From the NCBI GenBank assembly GCA_964497135.1, contig CAZCDO010000002.1, positions 1 to 61,529 of the forward strand: DNA of 61,529 nucleotides, written 5' to 3'. The DNA is from an uncultured Verrucomicrobiota bacterium (GTDB lineage Bacteria; Verrucomicrobiota; Kiritimatiellia; CAIKKV01; CAIJXV01). The position numbers and the translations under genes are program-made. How positions within the stretch are numbered: the stretch's first letter is position 1; each line of letters begins with the position of its first letter. Under the pieces are notes generated by a model. That model did not search any database. It was given only the letters and a program-made list of their open reading frames with translations, and was not told the DNA's origin. Positions 16,404 through 24,992 of the stretch are shown one piece after another.

Positions 16404-17524
16404 AACCTGCCACACCGCCCAAAACCGCCGGCGAAAAAGCCATCCTGGTCCAGTTGATCTGGGGGGAAACGTCCCGGGAACAGGCCGCCGATTCCCTCGC
16501 GGAACTGGAAAATCTCGCCGATACCGCCGGAATCACCGTCGCCGGATCCATCACTCAGCACCGGGAACGGCCCACCGGCCAGTATTACATCGGTGAAGGC
16601 AAGGTTCAGGAAGTCGGGATGGCCTGCGAAAAATCAGGGGCCAACCTGATTCTCTTCGACAACGAGCTGTCACCCATCCAGGTCAATAATCTCGACCTCA
16701 CCCTGGGCGTCAAGGTTCTCGACCGTACCGAGTTGATCCTTCAGATCTTCGCCCGCCGCGCCCGCTCCGCCGAGGCCCGCATCCAGGTGGAATTGGCTCA
16801 ACTTCAATACCTGGTTTCCCGACTGCCCACGTCCATCAAACAGGCCCGGTTTGGTGGCGGTATCGGGATGCGCGGCCCCGGCGAAAGTCCGCTCCAACTT
16901 CGCAACGCCCCCATGCGCCGCCGGATCAGCGAACTCAAGGCCAAACTGAAGCTGATCCAAAAACGGCGGGTTGACCAACGCCAGCGGGCCTGGCCCCAGA
17001 TCAGTCTGGTCGGTTATACCAATGTCGGCAAATCCACCTTGCTCAACGCCCTCACGTCCGCCGAGGCGTATGTTGACGATCGCCTGTTTGCCACCCTCGA
17101 TACCAAGAGCCGCCTGCTGTATCTGCCGTCCGGTCGGCAGGCCATGCTCACCGATACCGTCGGGTTCATCCGTAACCTTCCCCACGGACTCGTCGCTTCT
17201 TTCCGGTCCACGCTCGAGGAAGCCGCCCAGGCGGACCTTCTCCTCCATGTCGCGGATGCCGGTCATCCTTTCGTCACGGAACATTGCACCGTGGTTTTCG
17301 ATACCCTTCGGGATATTCACGCCGATCGGGTTCCCACTCTGCTGGTTCTGAATAAATGCGATCAGCCGTCCGCCCAGTTGGCTCTCCCTCATCTTCGCAC
17401 TCTTTTCCCCGAGGCCTTGATCATTTCCGCCGCTGCGCGGGAAGGCCTCTCGGAATTGAAACAGCGCATCGCCGAAATAGTGGGCCCGGCCAGCGTCCCC
17501 ACCCCGCCTTCGGATACCCCATGA
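16400..17524 (+). CDS. hflX: GTPase HflX
   Basis: 374-aa ORF with an HflX N-terminal domain and G motifs GYTNVGKSTLLNAL, DTVGFI and NKCD. Confidence 0.9.
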   Translation: MKPATPPKTAGEKAILVQLIWGETSREQAADSLAELENLADTAGITVAGSITQHRERPTGQYYIGEGKVQEVGMACEKSGANLILFDNELSPIQVNNLDLTLGVKVLDRTELILQIFARRARSAEARIQVELAQLQYLVSRLPTSIKQARFGGGIGMRGPGESPLQLRNAPMRRRISELKAKLKLIQKRRVDQRQRAWPQISLVGYTNVGKSTLLNALTSAEAYVDDRLFATLDTKSRLLYLPSGRQAMLTDTVGFIRNLPHGLVASFRSTLEEAAQADLLLHVADAGHPFVTEHCTVVFDTLRDIHADRVPTLLVLNKCDQPSAQLALPHLRTLFPEALIISAAAREGLSELKQRIAEIVGPASVPTPPSDTP

Positions 17525-18930
17525 CACCCGCGCGCCCACCGGCCGCCCGCCCCATTCTCGCCCTGGATTGCGGCTCCACCAATTTCAAGGCCGCCGTCTT
17601 TTCGCGCGATTTGCATCGCCTCGCCGAAGCCTCCGCTCCACTTCCCTATCTCGCGGAAGAACCGGATCGCACGGAACTTGACCCGACGGAGGTCTGGCAT
17701 TGCGCCCGTTCCGTTCTCGCTGAGTCCTTGCACCAGGCCGGGTTCACTCCCCGGCACCGTCCCCTTCTGGTACTCACCAGCCAGGCCCAGACCTTCGCGC
17801 TTTTCGATCGCGGCTCCGCTTCACCCGTCATGCCCTTCCTGAGTTGGCGCGATGGCCGGGCCCGCGCCGAAGCGGATGAAATTCGCCAACTGCTGGGGAA
17901 TCGTTTTCTGGCCGAAGCCGGTTTCCCGGATTGCATCCCGTACCTGCTGGCTCCCAAACTTCTGCGAGTCCTGCGACAACTGGCCCCCCACCCGCGAGCC
18001 TCCGCCATCCTCAGATCGCTCCCCGGGTTCATCGCCTGGAAATGGGCCGGCCTCAACGCCATCGATCCCAACCTGGCCGCCATGAGTGGACTTTTCTCCA
18101 TCCCCGCCAACGATTGGAATCAAACCCTCCTCGCATTTCTGGGAATTCGCCCCGACCAACTGCCGGCGCTCGTCCCGCTCGGACAACCTCAGAAGGGACT
18201 CATCGCCTCTGCCGACAGTGGACCGGATCCCGAAATCGGGTTCGCCGGCAACGATCAAACCGCCGGGGCCTTCGGCAATGACTGTTCCAGCGAAAACCCT
18301 CTGATCACGCTCGGGACCGCACTGGTCGCCTATCGTCTCGCCGGATCCCAACCCGGCCCCTTTCCCGGCAAAGGGATCTGGGGGCCCTATCCCGGTGGCG
18401 GTTATTACGAACTGGTTACCTCGAATAACGGCTGTGCCGCCCTCGATTGGGCCTGCCGTCGCCTGGCCCCGGACAGTCCCCAAACCCTCCGGCATGACGC
18501 CGAATCGCGGCTCGCGGCAAATCCCCATCCCCACTCGAAACAGCCCTTCTTTTTTCCCCATCGTTCGGGATCACCCAACGCTTGGAGTGGTTCCTCAAAC
18601 CCCCTCGCCGACCTATCCGCCGTGATCGAAGGCATCTCGTTCGAATTAAAACACCTGATGGACACCCACTTTTCAACCCTCCCGCCCTCTGCCCACCTCC
18701 GGGTCTGCGGCGGAGGCAGTCGGTCCGACGTTTGGCTTCAAATGCTCGCTTCCCTGTTCAACCGACCGGTGATCCGTGCTTCCGGCGATGCCTTACTCGG
18801 TGCCGCCCGCATGGTCTCACAAGCCCCCCTCCCGCCCCTTCCTCCCAAATCGACCTTCAGCCCTGACCCGATCAGCCACCCGCTGTATATTCGCCGTTTC
18901 AAAAAATGGGCGACTCTCCGAATCGAGTGA
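17521..18930 (+). CDS. FGGY-family carbohydrate kinase (xylulokinase-like)
   Basis: Internal ATG at 17521 overlaps the hflX stop (ATGA). The N-terminal motif ILALDCGSTNFKAAVF is present, with C-terminal FGGY-like GGGSRSDVWLQMLA. Confidence 0.8.
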   Translation: MTPARPPAARPILALDCGSTNFKAAVFSRDLHRLAEASAPLPYLAEEPDRTELDPTEVWHCARSVLAESLHQAGFTPRHRPLLVLTSQAQTFALFDRGSASPVMPFLSWRDGRARAEADEIRQLLGNRFLAEAGFPDCIPYLLAPKLLRVLRQLAPHPRASAILRSLPGFIAWKWAGLNAIDPNLAAMSGLFSIPANDWNQTLLAFLGIRPDQLPALVPLGQPQKGLIASADSGPDPEIGFAGNDQTAGAFGNDCSSENPLITLGTALVAYRLAGSQPGPFPGKGIWGPYPGGGYYELVTSNNGCAALDWACRRLAPDSPQTLRHDAESRLAANPHPHSKQPFFFPHRSGSPNAWSGSSNPLADLSAVIEGISFELKHLMDTHFSTLPPSAHLRVCGGGSRSDVWLQMLASLFNRPVIRASGDALLGAARMVSQAPLPPLPPKSTFSPDPISHPLYIRRFKKWATLRIE

Positions 18931-18995
18931 CCATCGAATCGACTTGCCGGACACCGCGTGGAAGTCTATTATAGAGGGGTTTTGAGGAATGCCCC

Positions 18996-19415
18996 ATGAA
19001 TCCTGACTGTATTTTTTGCCGCATTGTTGCTGGAACTCTGCCTTCCACTCCGATTTACGAAGATGCCGAGACCCTCGCCTTTCTGGATATCGGACCGGTG
19101 GTCAAGGGCCATACCCTCGTGATCCCCAAAGCCCACTTCGATCCCCTGCCCGCTCTACCCCTGCCTCTGCTCCAGAAGGTGATCGGGGTTGTTCAGAAAA
19201 TCGCCCGGGCCCAGATTGTCGCCTTGAAAGCCGACGGCATCAATATCAGTCAGGCTAATGGCGAGGTGGCCGGTCAGGTCATTCCCCATGTCCATTTCCA
19301 CATCATCCCCCGGTTTACGAGCGATGGCATTCACCGAAATTGGATCCCCCGTGAATACACCGATCGCACCGAGATGAAAACCTTCGCCGACCGGATTATC
19401 GCCGCCTTGGAGTAA
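18996..19415 (+). CDS. HIT-family (histidine triad) protein
   Basis: 139-aa ORF with CIFCRI at the N-terminus and the histidine triad HVHFHIIPR. Confidence 0.9.
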   Translation: MNPDCIFCRIVAGTLPSTPIYEDAETLAFLDIGPVVKGHTLVIPKAHFDPLPALPLPLLQKVIGVVQKIARAQIVALKADGINISQANGEVAGQVIPHVHFHIIPRFTSDGIHRNWIPREYTDRTEMKTFADRIIAALE

Positions 19416-19422
19416 ACCCTGT

Positions 19423-19854
19423 ATGCAACCGACCGATTATTCCGAAGCTTTGCGGGTGATCCTTGAAAAAGATCCCCGGTATGAAGCCGATGCGTATCAT
19501 TTTCTCCGTGAATCCCTCGATTTCACCATCCGTCAGGTCCAGGCCGGCGAAGGAGTCCCCCGCCATATCTCGGGTCAGGAATTACTCAATGGGATCCGTC
19601 TTTTTGCCCTGCAGGAATTCGGCCCCATGGCGTTCACCGTTCTGCGCACCTGGGGAGTCCGGGGCACCGACGATTTCGGGCACATCGTCTTCAACCTCGT
19701 CAATGCCGGCATTCTGGGCAAGACCGAGCAGGATTCCCTTGACGATTTCAAGAATAGCTATGATTTCCAGACCGCCTTCGTCACTCCCTTTCTGCCCGAA
19801 CATCCCCTGCCGGCCCTGCCCGGCGAAAAAAAAACACACCACCCTGACCGTTAA
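19423..19854 (+). CDS. Conserved hypothetical protein (resembles the PVC-restricted Minf_1886-type family)
   Basis: 143-aa ORF. The YEADAYHFLRESLDFT...GQELLNGIRLFALQEFG...TWGV pattern matches my memory of that family. The assignment has not been verified. Confidence 0.55.
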   Translation: MQPTDYSEALRVILEKDPRYEADAYHFLRESLDFTIRQVQAGEGVPRHISGQELLNGIRLFALQEFGPMAFTVLRTWGVRGTDDFGHIVFNLVNAGILGKTEQDSLDDFKNSYDFQTAFVTPFLPEHPLPALPGEKKTHHPDR

Positions 19855-19872
19855 TTTTCCGGAGCCCACCCG

Positions 19873-22521
19873 ATGATCCCCAGCCACCCTTTTCTTCGAA
19901 CCTGCATGTGGATTGCGCCGCTTTGTCTGACCGTCGGACTGCCATCGCCGTCGGCCGGTTCACCGGATTCCCTGGCCGCCCTCGAAAACTCCGCCGCCCG
20001 CCTGAAACGCCTCACCCTGCCGAACGGCATGACCGTCCTCCTGCAATCTGATCACAGCGCACCCGTGGTCTCGATCCAGATCTGGGTGGGCACGGGATCC
20101 ATTCATGAGGATGACTATCTGGGCGCCGGTCTCTCTCATTTCGTCGAACACATGATTTTTAAAGGCACCTCCAAGCGTCCCATCGGCGCCATCTCCCGCG
20201 CCATTCACGATGCCGGCGGGAAAATTAACGCCTACACCTCGCTCGATCGCACCGTTTTTCACACCGATCTGCCCTCGCGCCATTGGGCACTCGGCCTCGA
20301 CGTCCTGATCGACGCCCTGCGGAACGCTGAATTCCCGGCCGAAGAGTGCGCCCGGGAACAAAAAGTCATCCTCCGCGAAATGGCGATGTGCAATGACGAT
20401 CCGGATCGGTTTCATACCCAGTTGCTGTGGAGCCTGGCCTATACCCGCCATCCCTTTCGTTTCCCCATCATCGGGTATCCGGAGATATTCCAATCCATCA
20501 CCCGCGAGGATCTGGTCACCTTCTTCAAACGGCATTATACCCCCGACAATATGCTCATCGTCGTGGCCGGGGATATTTCCGAAACCGCTGTGGAGGAAAA
20601 AATCAGGGAACTCACCCGGAACTTCGAACGTCAGGCCGGGGCACCCATCGTCCTGCCCCAGGAACCCATCCAAATCGCGCCCCGCTCCATCCGCCAGACC
20701 GGCCCCTATCAAATCGGGCGGATCCATGTCGCCTATCACACCGTCGCATTAACCCATCCCGACGCCCCCGCCCTCGATTTGCTCGCCGCGGTGGTCGGGC
20801 GGGGTCGCAGTTCCCGCCTGAATCGCATCATCAAGGAAGAACAACGCCTGGTTCATTCCATCGACGGCTGGTCCTATACCCCCGCCGATCCCGGCCTCTT
20901 CGGGGTCAGCGCCACCTTCGAACCCGAAAAAGAACCGGAGGTCATCCGCGCCATCGAAACCCAAATCGCCGAATGGATCGAATCCTCCCTGCCCGTCGCC
21001 GAACTCGACAAGGCCCGCAACCTCGTGCTGACCGGCGAAATTGCCAATCTGCAAACCGCCGGCGGGCAAGCCGGCAAATTTGCGACCGGCGAATTTTATG
21101 CCCGTGATCCGGCTTTCGCCATCCGCTACCTCCAACAACTTCAAGCCCTGACGCCCCGCGATCTCCAAACGGTCGCCCGCAAATACCTTACCCCGGGAAA
21201 CCGCTCCGTCGCCATTCTGACGCCGCAAATCGCCCCCCCTCCCGCCATCAACGCCCCCGGAGTGGAAAGCCCGACGATCCAACGGGTGCAACTGAAATCC
21301 GGCGCACCGCTCCTCGTCCGCTCCGATTCCCGATTGCCTCTCGTCTACGTCAGCGCCGTCTGCCAGGGTGGCCTGTTATCCGAAAATGATTCCAATTGCG
21401 GAATCTCTCATCTGATGTCTGAATTGTTCACCCGCGGAAGCCGACACCACTCCCAAGCTGAAATCGCCAGTCTGATCGAATCCATGGGGGCCGAATTAAA
21501 CGCTTTTTCAGGCCAAAACAGCTTTGGATTGCAAGGTTATTGTCGCCGTGAAAATCTTCAGGACTTCCTCTCCATCCTGGCCGAATGCCTGCTCCACCCG
21601 GCTTTCGAGGCCACCGAAGTCGACAAACAAATCCAAGTTCAACTGGCCGCGATCGCCGAGCAACTCGAACACCCCATGGCGTTGGCCCAACAAAATCTGC
21701 TCGGTGCGCTTTTCCCGAACCATCCCTATCGCTGGACCGTTTTAGGCCGGCCCGAAACGGTCAAAACAATCACATCCGATGACCTCCGCACCCACCACCG
21801 GCGTCTGGTCGTCAGCGGTAATTTCGCCGTTTCGATTTTTGGCGATATCCAGGCGGTCCCAGCCCGGCGGGCGGCGGAAAAAGCCTTTAAATCCATTCCC
21901 AACGGACCCTTTCCGGCCCGGGAATATTCAGCGGCCACCCCGGTTCTGCCGGCGCGAAAAAACCGATTCGAACCCAAGGAACAAGCCATCCTGCTGATCG
22001 GGTATCCCGGGATTAATGTCAAGGATCCCCGCCGCGATGCGCTCCAAGTCCTTGAAACCGCCCTCAGCGGCATGTCCTCCCCCTTGTTTGAGGAAATCCG
22101 CGAAAAACGCGGTTTGGCCTATTTCACCGGCGCTTCCTTCCGCCCGGGGATTGACCCCGGCCATCTCGCCTTTTACGCCGGAACGCGGGTCGATGCCATC
22201 GATGAAGTCGAGCGTTTGATCAATGACCAGATCGGCCGGATCGTCCGCGATGGCTTGACGCCGGATGAAATCGACCGGGCCCGCAATCAGATGATCGCCG
22301 CCTGGGAGATGAGCCTACAGGACAATCTGGGGCTGGCCTTGGCGTCAGCCCTCAACGAACTTTACGGGCTCGGATACGACTATGACTTTTCCATTCGCCG
22401 CCGTCTCGAAGCGGTCACCCCGGATGCGATTCGCGCGGCGGCGGCTGATCTGCTAAAAAAAGAGCGGCAGGCGGTTTCCATCGTCCGACCGGAAAACCCG
22501 GCCTCAACCCCAAAGGAATAA
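19873..22521 (+). CDS. M16-family zinc peptidase (fused active and inactive halves, pitrilysin/insulinase-like)
   Basis: 882-aa ORF with a signal-like N-terminus and the inverted zinc motif HFVEHMIFKGT (HxxEH). The second M16 half lacks the motif. Confidence 0.9.
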   Translation: MIPSHPFLRTCMWIAPLCLTVGLPSPSAGSPDSLAALENSAARLKRLTLPNGMTVLLQSDHSAPVVSIQIWVGTGSIHEDDYLGAGLSHFVEHMIFKGTSKRPIGAISRAIHDAGGKINAYTSLDRTVFHTDLPSRHWALGLDVLIDALRNAEFPAEECAREQKVILREMAMCNDDPDRFHTQLLWSLAYTRHPFRFPIIGYPEIFQSITREDLVTFFKRHYTPDNMLIVVAGDISETAVEEKIRELTRNFERQAGAPIVLPQEPIQIAPRSIRQTGPYQIGRIHVAYHTVALTHPDAPALDLLAAVVGRGRSSRLNRIIKEEQRLVHSIDGWSYTPADPGLFGVSATFEPEKEPEVIRAIETQIAEWIESSLPVAELDKARNLVLTGEIANLQTAGGQAGKFATGEFYARDPAFAIRYLQQLQALTPRDLQTVARKYLTPGNRSVAILTPQIAPPPAINAPGVESPTIQRVQLKSGAPLLVRSDSRLPLVYVSAVCQGGLLSENDSNCGISHLMSELFTRGSRHHSQAEIASLIESMGAELNAFSGQNSFGLQGYCRRENLQDFLSILAECLLHPAFEATEVDKQIQVQLAAIAEQLEHPMALAQQNLLGALFPNHPYRWTVLGRPETVKTITSDDLRTHHRRLVVSGNFAVSIFGDIQAVPARRAAEKAFKSIPNGPFPAREYSAATPVLPARKNRFEPKEQAILLIGYPGINVKDPRRDALQVLETALSGMSSPLFEEIREKRGLAYFTGASFRPGIDPGHLAFYAGTRVDAIDEVERLINDQIGRIVRDGLTPDEIDRARNQMIAAWEMSLQDNLGLALASALNELYGLGYDYDFSIRRRLEAVTPDAIRAAAADLLKKERQAVSIVRPENPASTPKE

Positions 22522-22525
22522 CGCC

Positions 22526-22936
22526 ATGAGCGACACCCCCACCCCCGAAGAACTCAACAAAGCCCTGTTTGTCAATCTCGTCATGATGTTCAGCCAGTCA
22601 ACCCTGGTCGGACTGGGAAAACTGGCCAATCCGATGACCGGAAAGGTTGAATCTCCCAATCTGGAATCGGCCCAGCAAGGCATCGATCTTCTGGTCATGC
22701 TCGATGCGAAAACCCGGGGCAACCTCGATCGCGATGAAGCCCGGTTGCTCAAAGATTCGCTTTCCAACCTTCAGATGAATTTCGTCGAAACCGCGGCGGA
22801 TCTCAAAAAAGCCCCGCCACCCCCGTCCGCCGGATCCACCCCCGCACCGGCCCCGGCACAAGCCCCCGCTCCAGAAACAACCGAGCCCCCTCCGTCCGGT
22901 TCCGAGCCCAAATTTCGCAAGTCCTATGGCGCATGA
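22526..22936 (+). CDS. DUF1844-like small protein
   Basis: 136-aa ORF. LFVNLVMMFSQSTLVGLGKLANPMTGK...DLLVMLDAKTRGNL resembles DUF1844, and the tail is Pro/Ala-rich. Confidence 0.7.
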   Translation: MSDTPTPEELNKALFVNLVMMFSQSTLVGLGKLANPMTGKVESPNLESAQQGIDLLVMLDAKTRGNLDRDEARLLKDSLSNLQMNFVETAADLKKAPPPPSAGSTPAPAPAQAPAPETTEPPPSGSEPKFRKSYGA

Positions 22937-24944
22937 CCCCTGTGCGCCATCAGACCCGGGCATTATCCCATCGGGAGGTCTTTCGGGAATGAACCTGACC
23001 CTCATCGGCCCTCCTCCGTTGGCTACCAACGAGGAGGGACAAACCCCCAACATGATCGGAACGCTCTTTCTCAATCATCGGAGCCTGATCACCCTGCCCG
23101 GGATCCACGCCACTCAGAAGATTTACTTCCTCAACCTCCTCAATGCTCAACGGATCGCCAACGGTCAGGCCCTGTTCACCGAGGCGGAACAAGAGGAGTT
23201 CTTCGAAAACGCCGTTGACCTGATCATTGATGCGGGACGGATTTTTATCCGACCCAACCCCGACCGGATGGATCTCGCCTTCCGCGCCGATGAAATGCTT
23301 CAGGAAATCGTATCCAAGCGGTACATTCAATTCCTGTTTGCGCTTAATCCCAGTGTCCGTGCCGCCTTGAAACAACGGGGCGAACTCTGGCGCATCAACC
23401 CCCTGCCCCAAACTCCCGCCGATATGGCGACGATGATCCGCCAATCCCGCAATCGCATCAATGGCCGGGCGATCTATTATTACGGCAAATCCACGGGCAC
23501 CCGCTGGCTGACCGTCGATGAATTCAGCCGCCTGGGGGATCTCTCCGATGCCGAACTCACCGCCCATCTGCGCGAAATCCGCGATTTCGCCGGGCGTCGC
23601 AACGTCCACGGCTACCCGGAAATCGCCTTTTTTCTTGCCGATCCCAACCTCACCCAGGCCGATTTTGCACCCCTCGACGATCCATCGGCCGGCCCCGGCC
23701 AGAGCCGGACCCTTCACCCAATTCTCAGGGATCGCTTCATCCAGGCCGTCCACCCCGACCTGCGCAAAGACAACCCCGATTATCTCGAATGGCGGACCCG
23801 CATGTTCGCCGCCCTGATCGGAATGGGCTCGGAACTAGTCACGGAAGAGGCGCTCCTGGGGCTGGGTTCAGAGTTTTTCATGCAAATCGAATGGCTGGCC
23901 GGTGGCCATTTTGAAAACGGCGAATTGATTTTCGACTCCCTGTTCGACGAAGCTGAACGCCACCCGGAGGACCCCGCGCTCCAGGATCTCTGCGACTCCC
24001 GCGCCCATGAGTTTATCTACAATTTCATCCGTGAATTCGGCGACATCGAGGACATCAACATCGGCCGGCTCAACAGCTCCCTCTCGCGTCATGAAAAAAC
24101 GAAGGGCCGCCGCGCCGTCTATGTCGCAGAACTCAAAATCGCCGGACAGGACCAGCGCTTGGTCCGTATCATTCGCATGCAAAAATGGAACATTTGCGAA
24201 CATCTCGATAACAACAAGGATTTGCTCCAGGCCATCATGGAGGCCGAGGATTACACCGAATATATCCTCGACCGTCGCCTCGGGTGTCGCCAACTCGGCA
24301 TGAATCTCATTGTCCGCGTCACCACCCGCAAACTCACGGAACGCTACGACGGCATCAACCCCAATGCCGCCGGGCAATTCATCTGGTCCACGTATTTCGA
24401 GCGTGACTATATTCCGGGGATCGCCACCGACAAAATCCCTCTCGCGCGCTACGCCAACCCGCTCTACTGCGACCGGTTGGCCGCCCTGATGGGGGCCGCG
24501 GCCGCACCCAATCTGATCGTCGGACGCATGTCCCAAACGTTCCATGTGATTTTCGATATGGGCGATGAAGTCATCCAGGAAGACGATTCCGGTTTACCGG
24601 CCGACCTGATCGTCCCCGACCATGTCGGGGCTTTCACCCATTATCTTCAACCGCTGGATACGTCCGCCGCCGTCTATGCCCAGGCGGTCATTGACCGGAT
24701 TCCCTATGGGATTGACGTGGCCCGTTTCACCGATCTCTATCTGTCGGCTTTTATGGCGAAATTTACACAGATCCGCGAGGATTACCGCATGCGGCATCGC
24801 GCCTTTGACACCCTCTTCCGGCACCGGCGCCGTAATATCGAAGGCAGTTTCGCCTTCCGATGGGAAAAAGTTCTCGAACGCCTCGATCAGTCCAATCCGC
24901 AATATCTGGCCGATCTCATCCGTCAGGCCATTGCCAACCACTGA
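22926..24944 (+). CDS. Large conserved hypothetical protein (672 aa), family not recognised
   Basis: The long ORF overlaps the DUF1844 stop by 11 nt and has coding-like composition throughout. The start is uncertain, with alternative Met codons at 22989 and 23052. Confidence 0.7.
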   Translation: MAHDPCAPSDPGIIPSGGLSGMNLTLIGPPPLATNEEGQTPNMIGTLFLNHRSLITLPGIHATQKIYFLNLLNAQRIANGQALFTEAEQEEFFENAVDLIIDAGRIFIRPNPDRMDLAFRADEMLQEIVSKRYIQFLFALNPSVRAALKQRGELWRINPLPQTPADMATMIRQSRNRINGRAIYYYGKSTGTRWLTVDEFSRLGDLSDAELTAHLREIRDFAGRRNVHGYPEIAFFLADPNLTQADFAPLDDPSAGPGQSRTLHPILRDRFIQAVHPDLRKDNPDYLEWRTRMFAALIGMGSELVTEEALLGLGSEFFMQIEWLAGGHFENGELIFDSLFDEAERHPEDPALQDLCDSRAHEFIYNFIREFGDIEDINIGRLNSSLSRHEKTKGRRAVYVAELKIAGQDQRLVRIIRMQKWNICEHLDNNKDLLQAIMEAEDYTEYILDRRLGCRQLGMNLIVRVTTRKLTERYDGINPNAAGQFIWSTYFERDYIPGIATDKIPLARYANPLYCDRLAALMGAAAAPNLIVGRMSQTFHVIFDMGDEVIQEDDSGLPADLIVPDHVGAFTHYLQPLDTSAAVYAQAVIDRIPYGIDVARFTDLYLSAFMAKFTQIREDYRMRHRAFDTLFRHRRRNIEGSFAFRWEKVLERLDQSNPQYLADLIRQAIANH

Positions 24945-24992
24945 TTCAGTCCCGGTCCTTCCCCGGCTGGACAAGGCTTTCGATTTCAGTCC

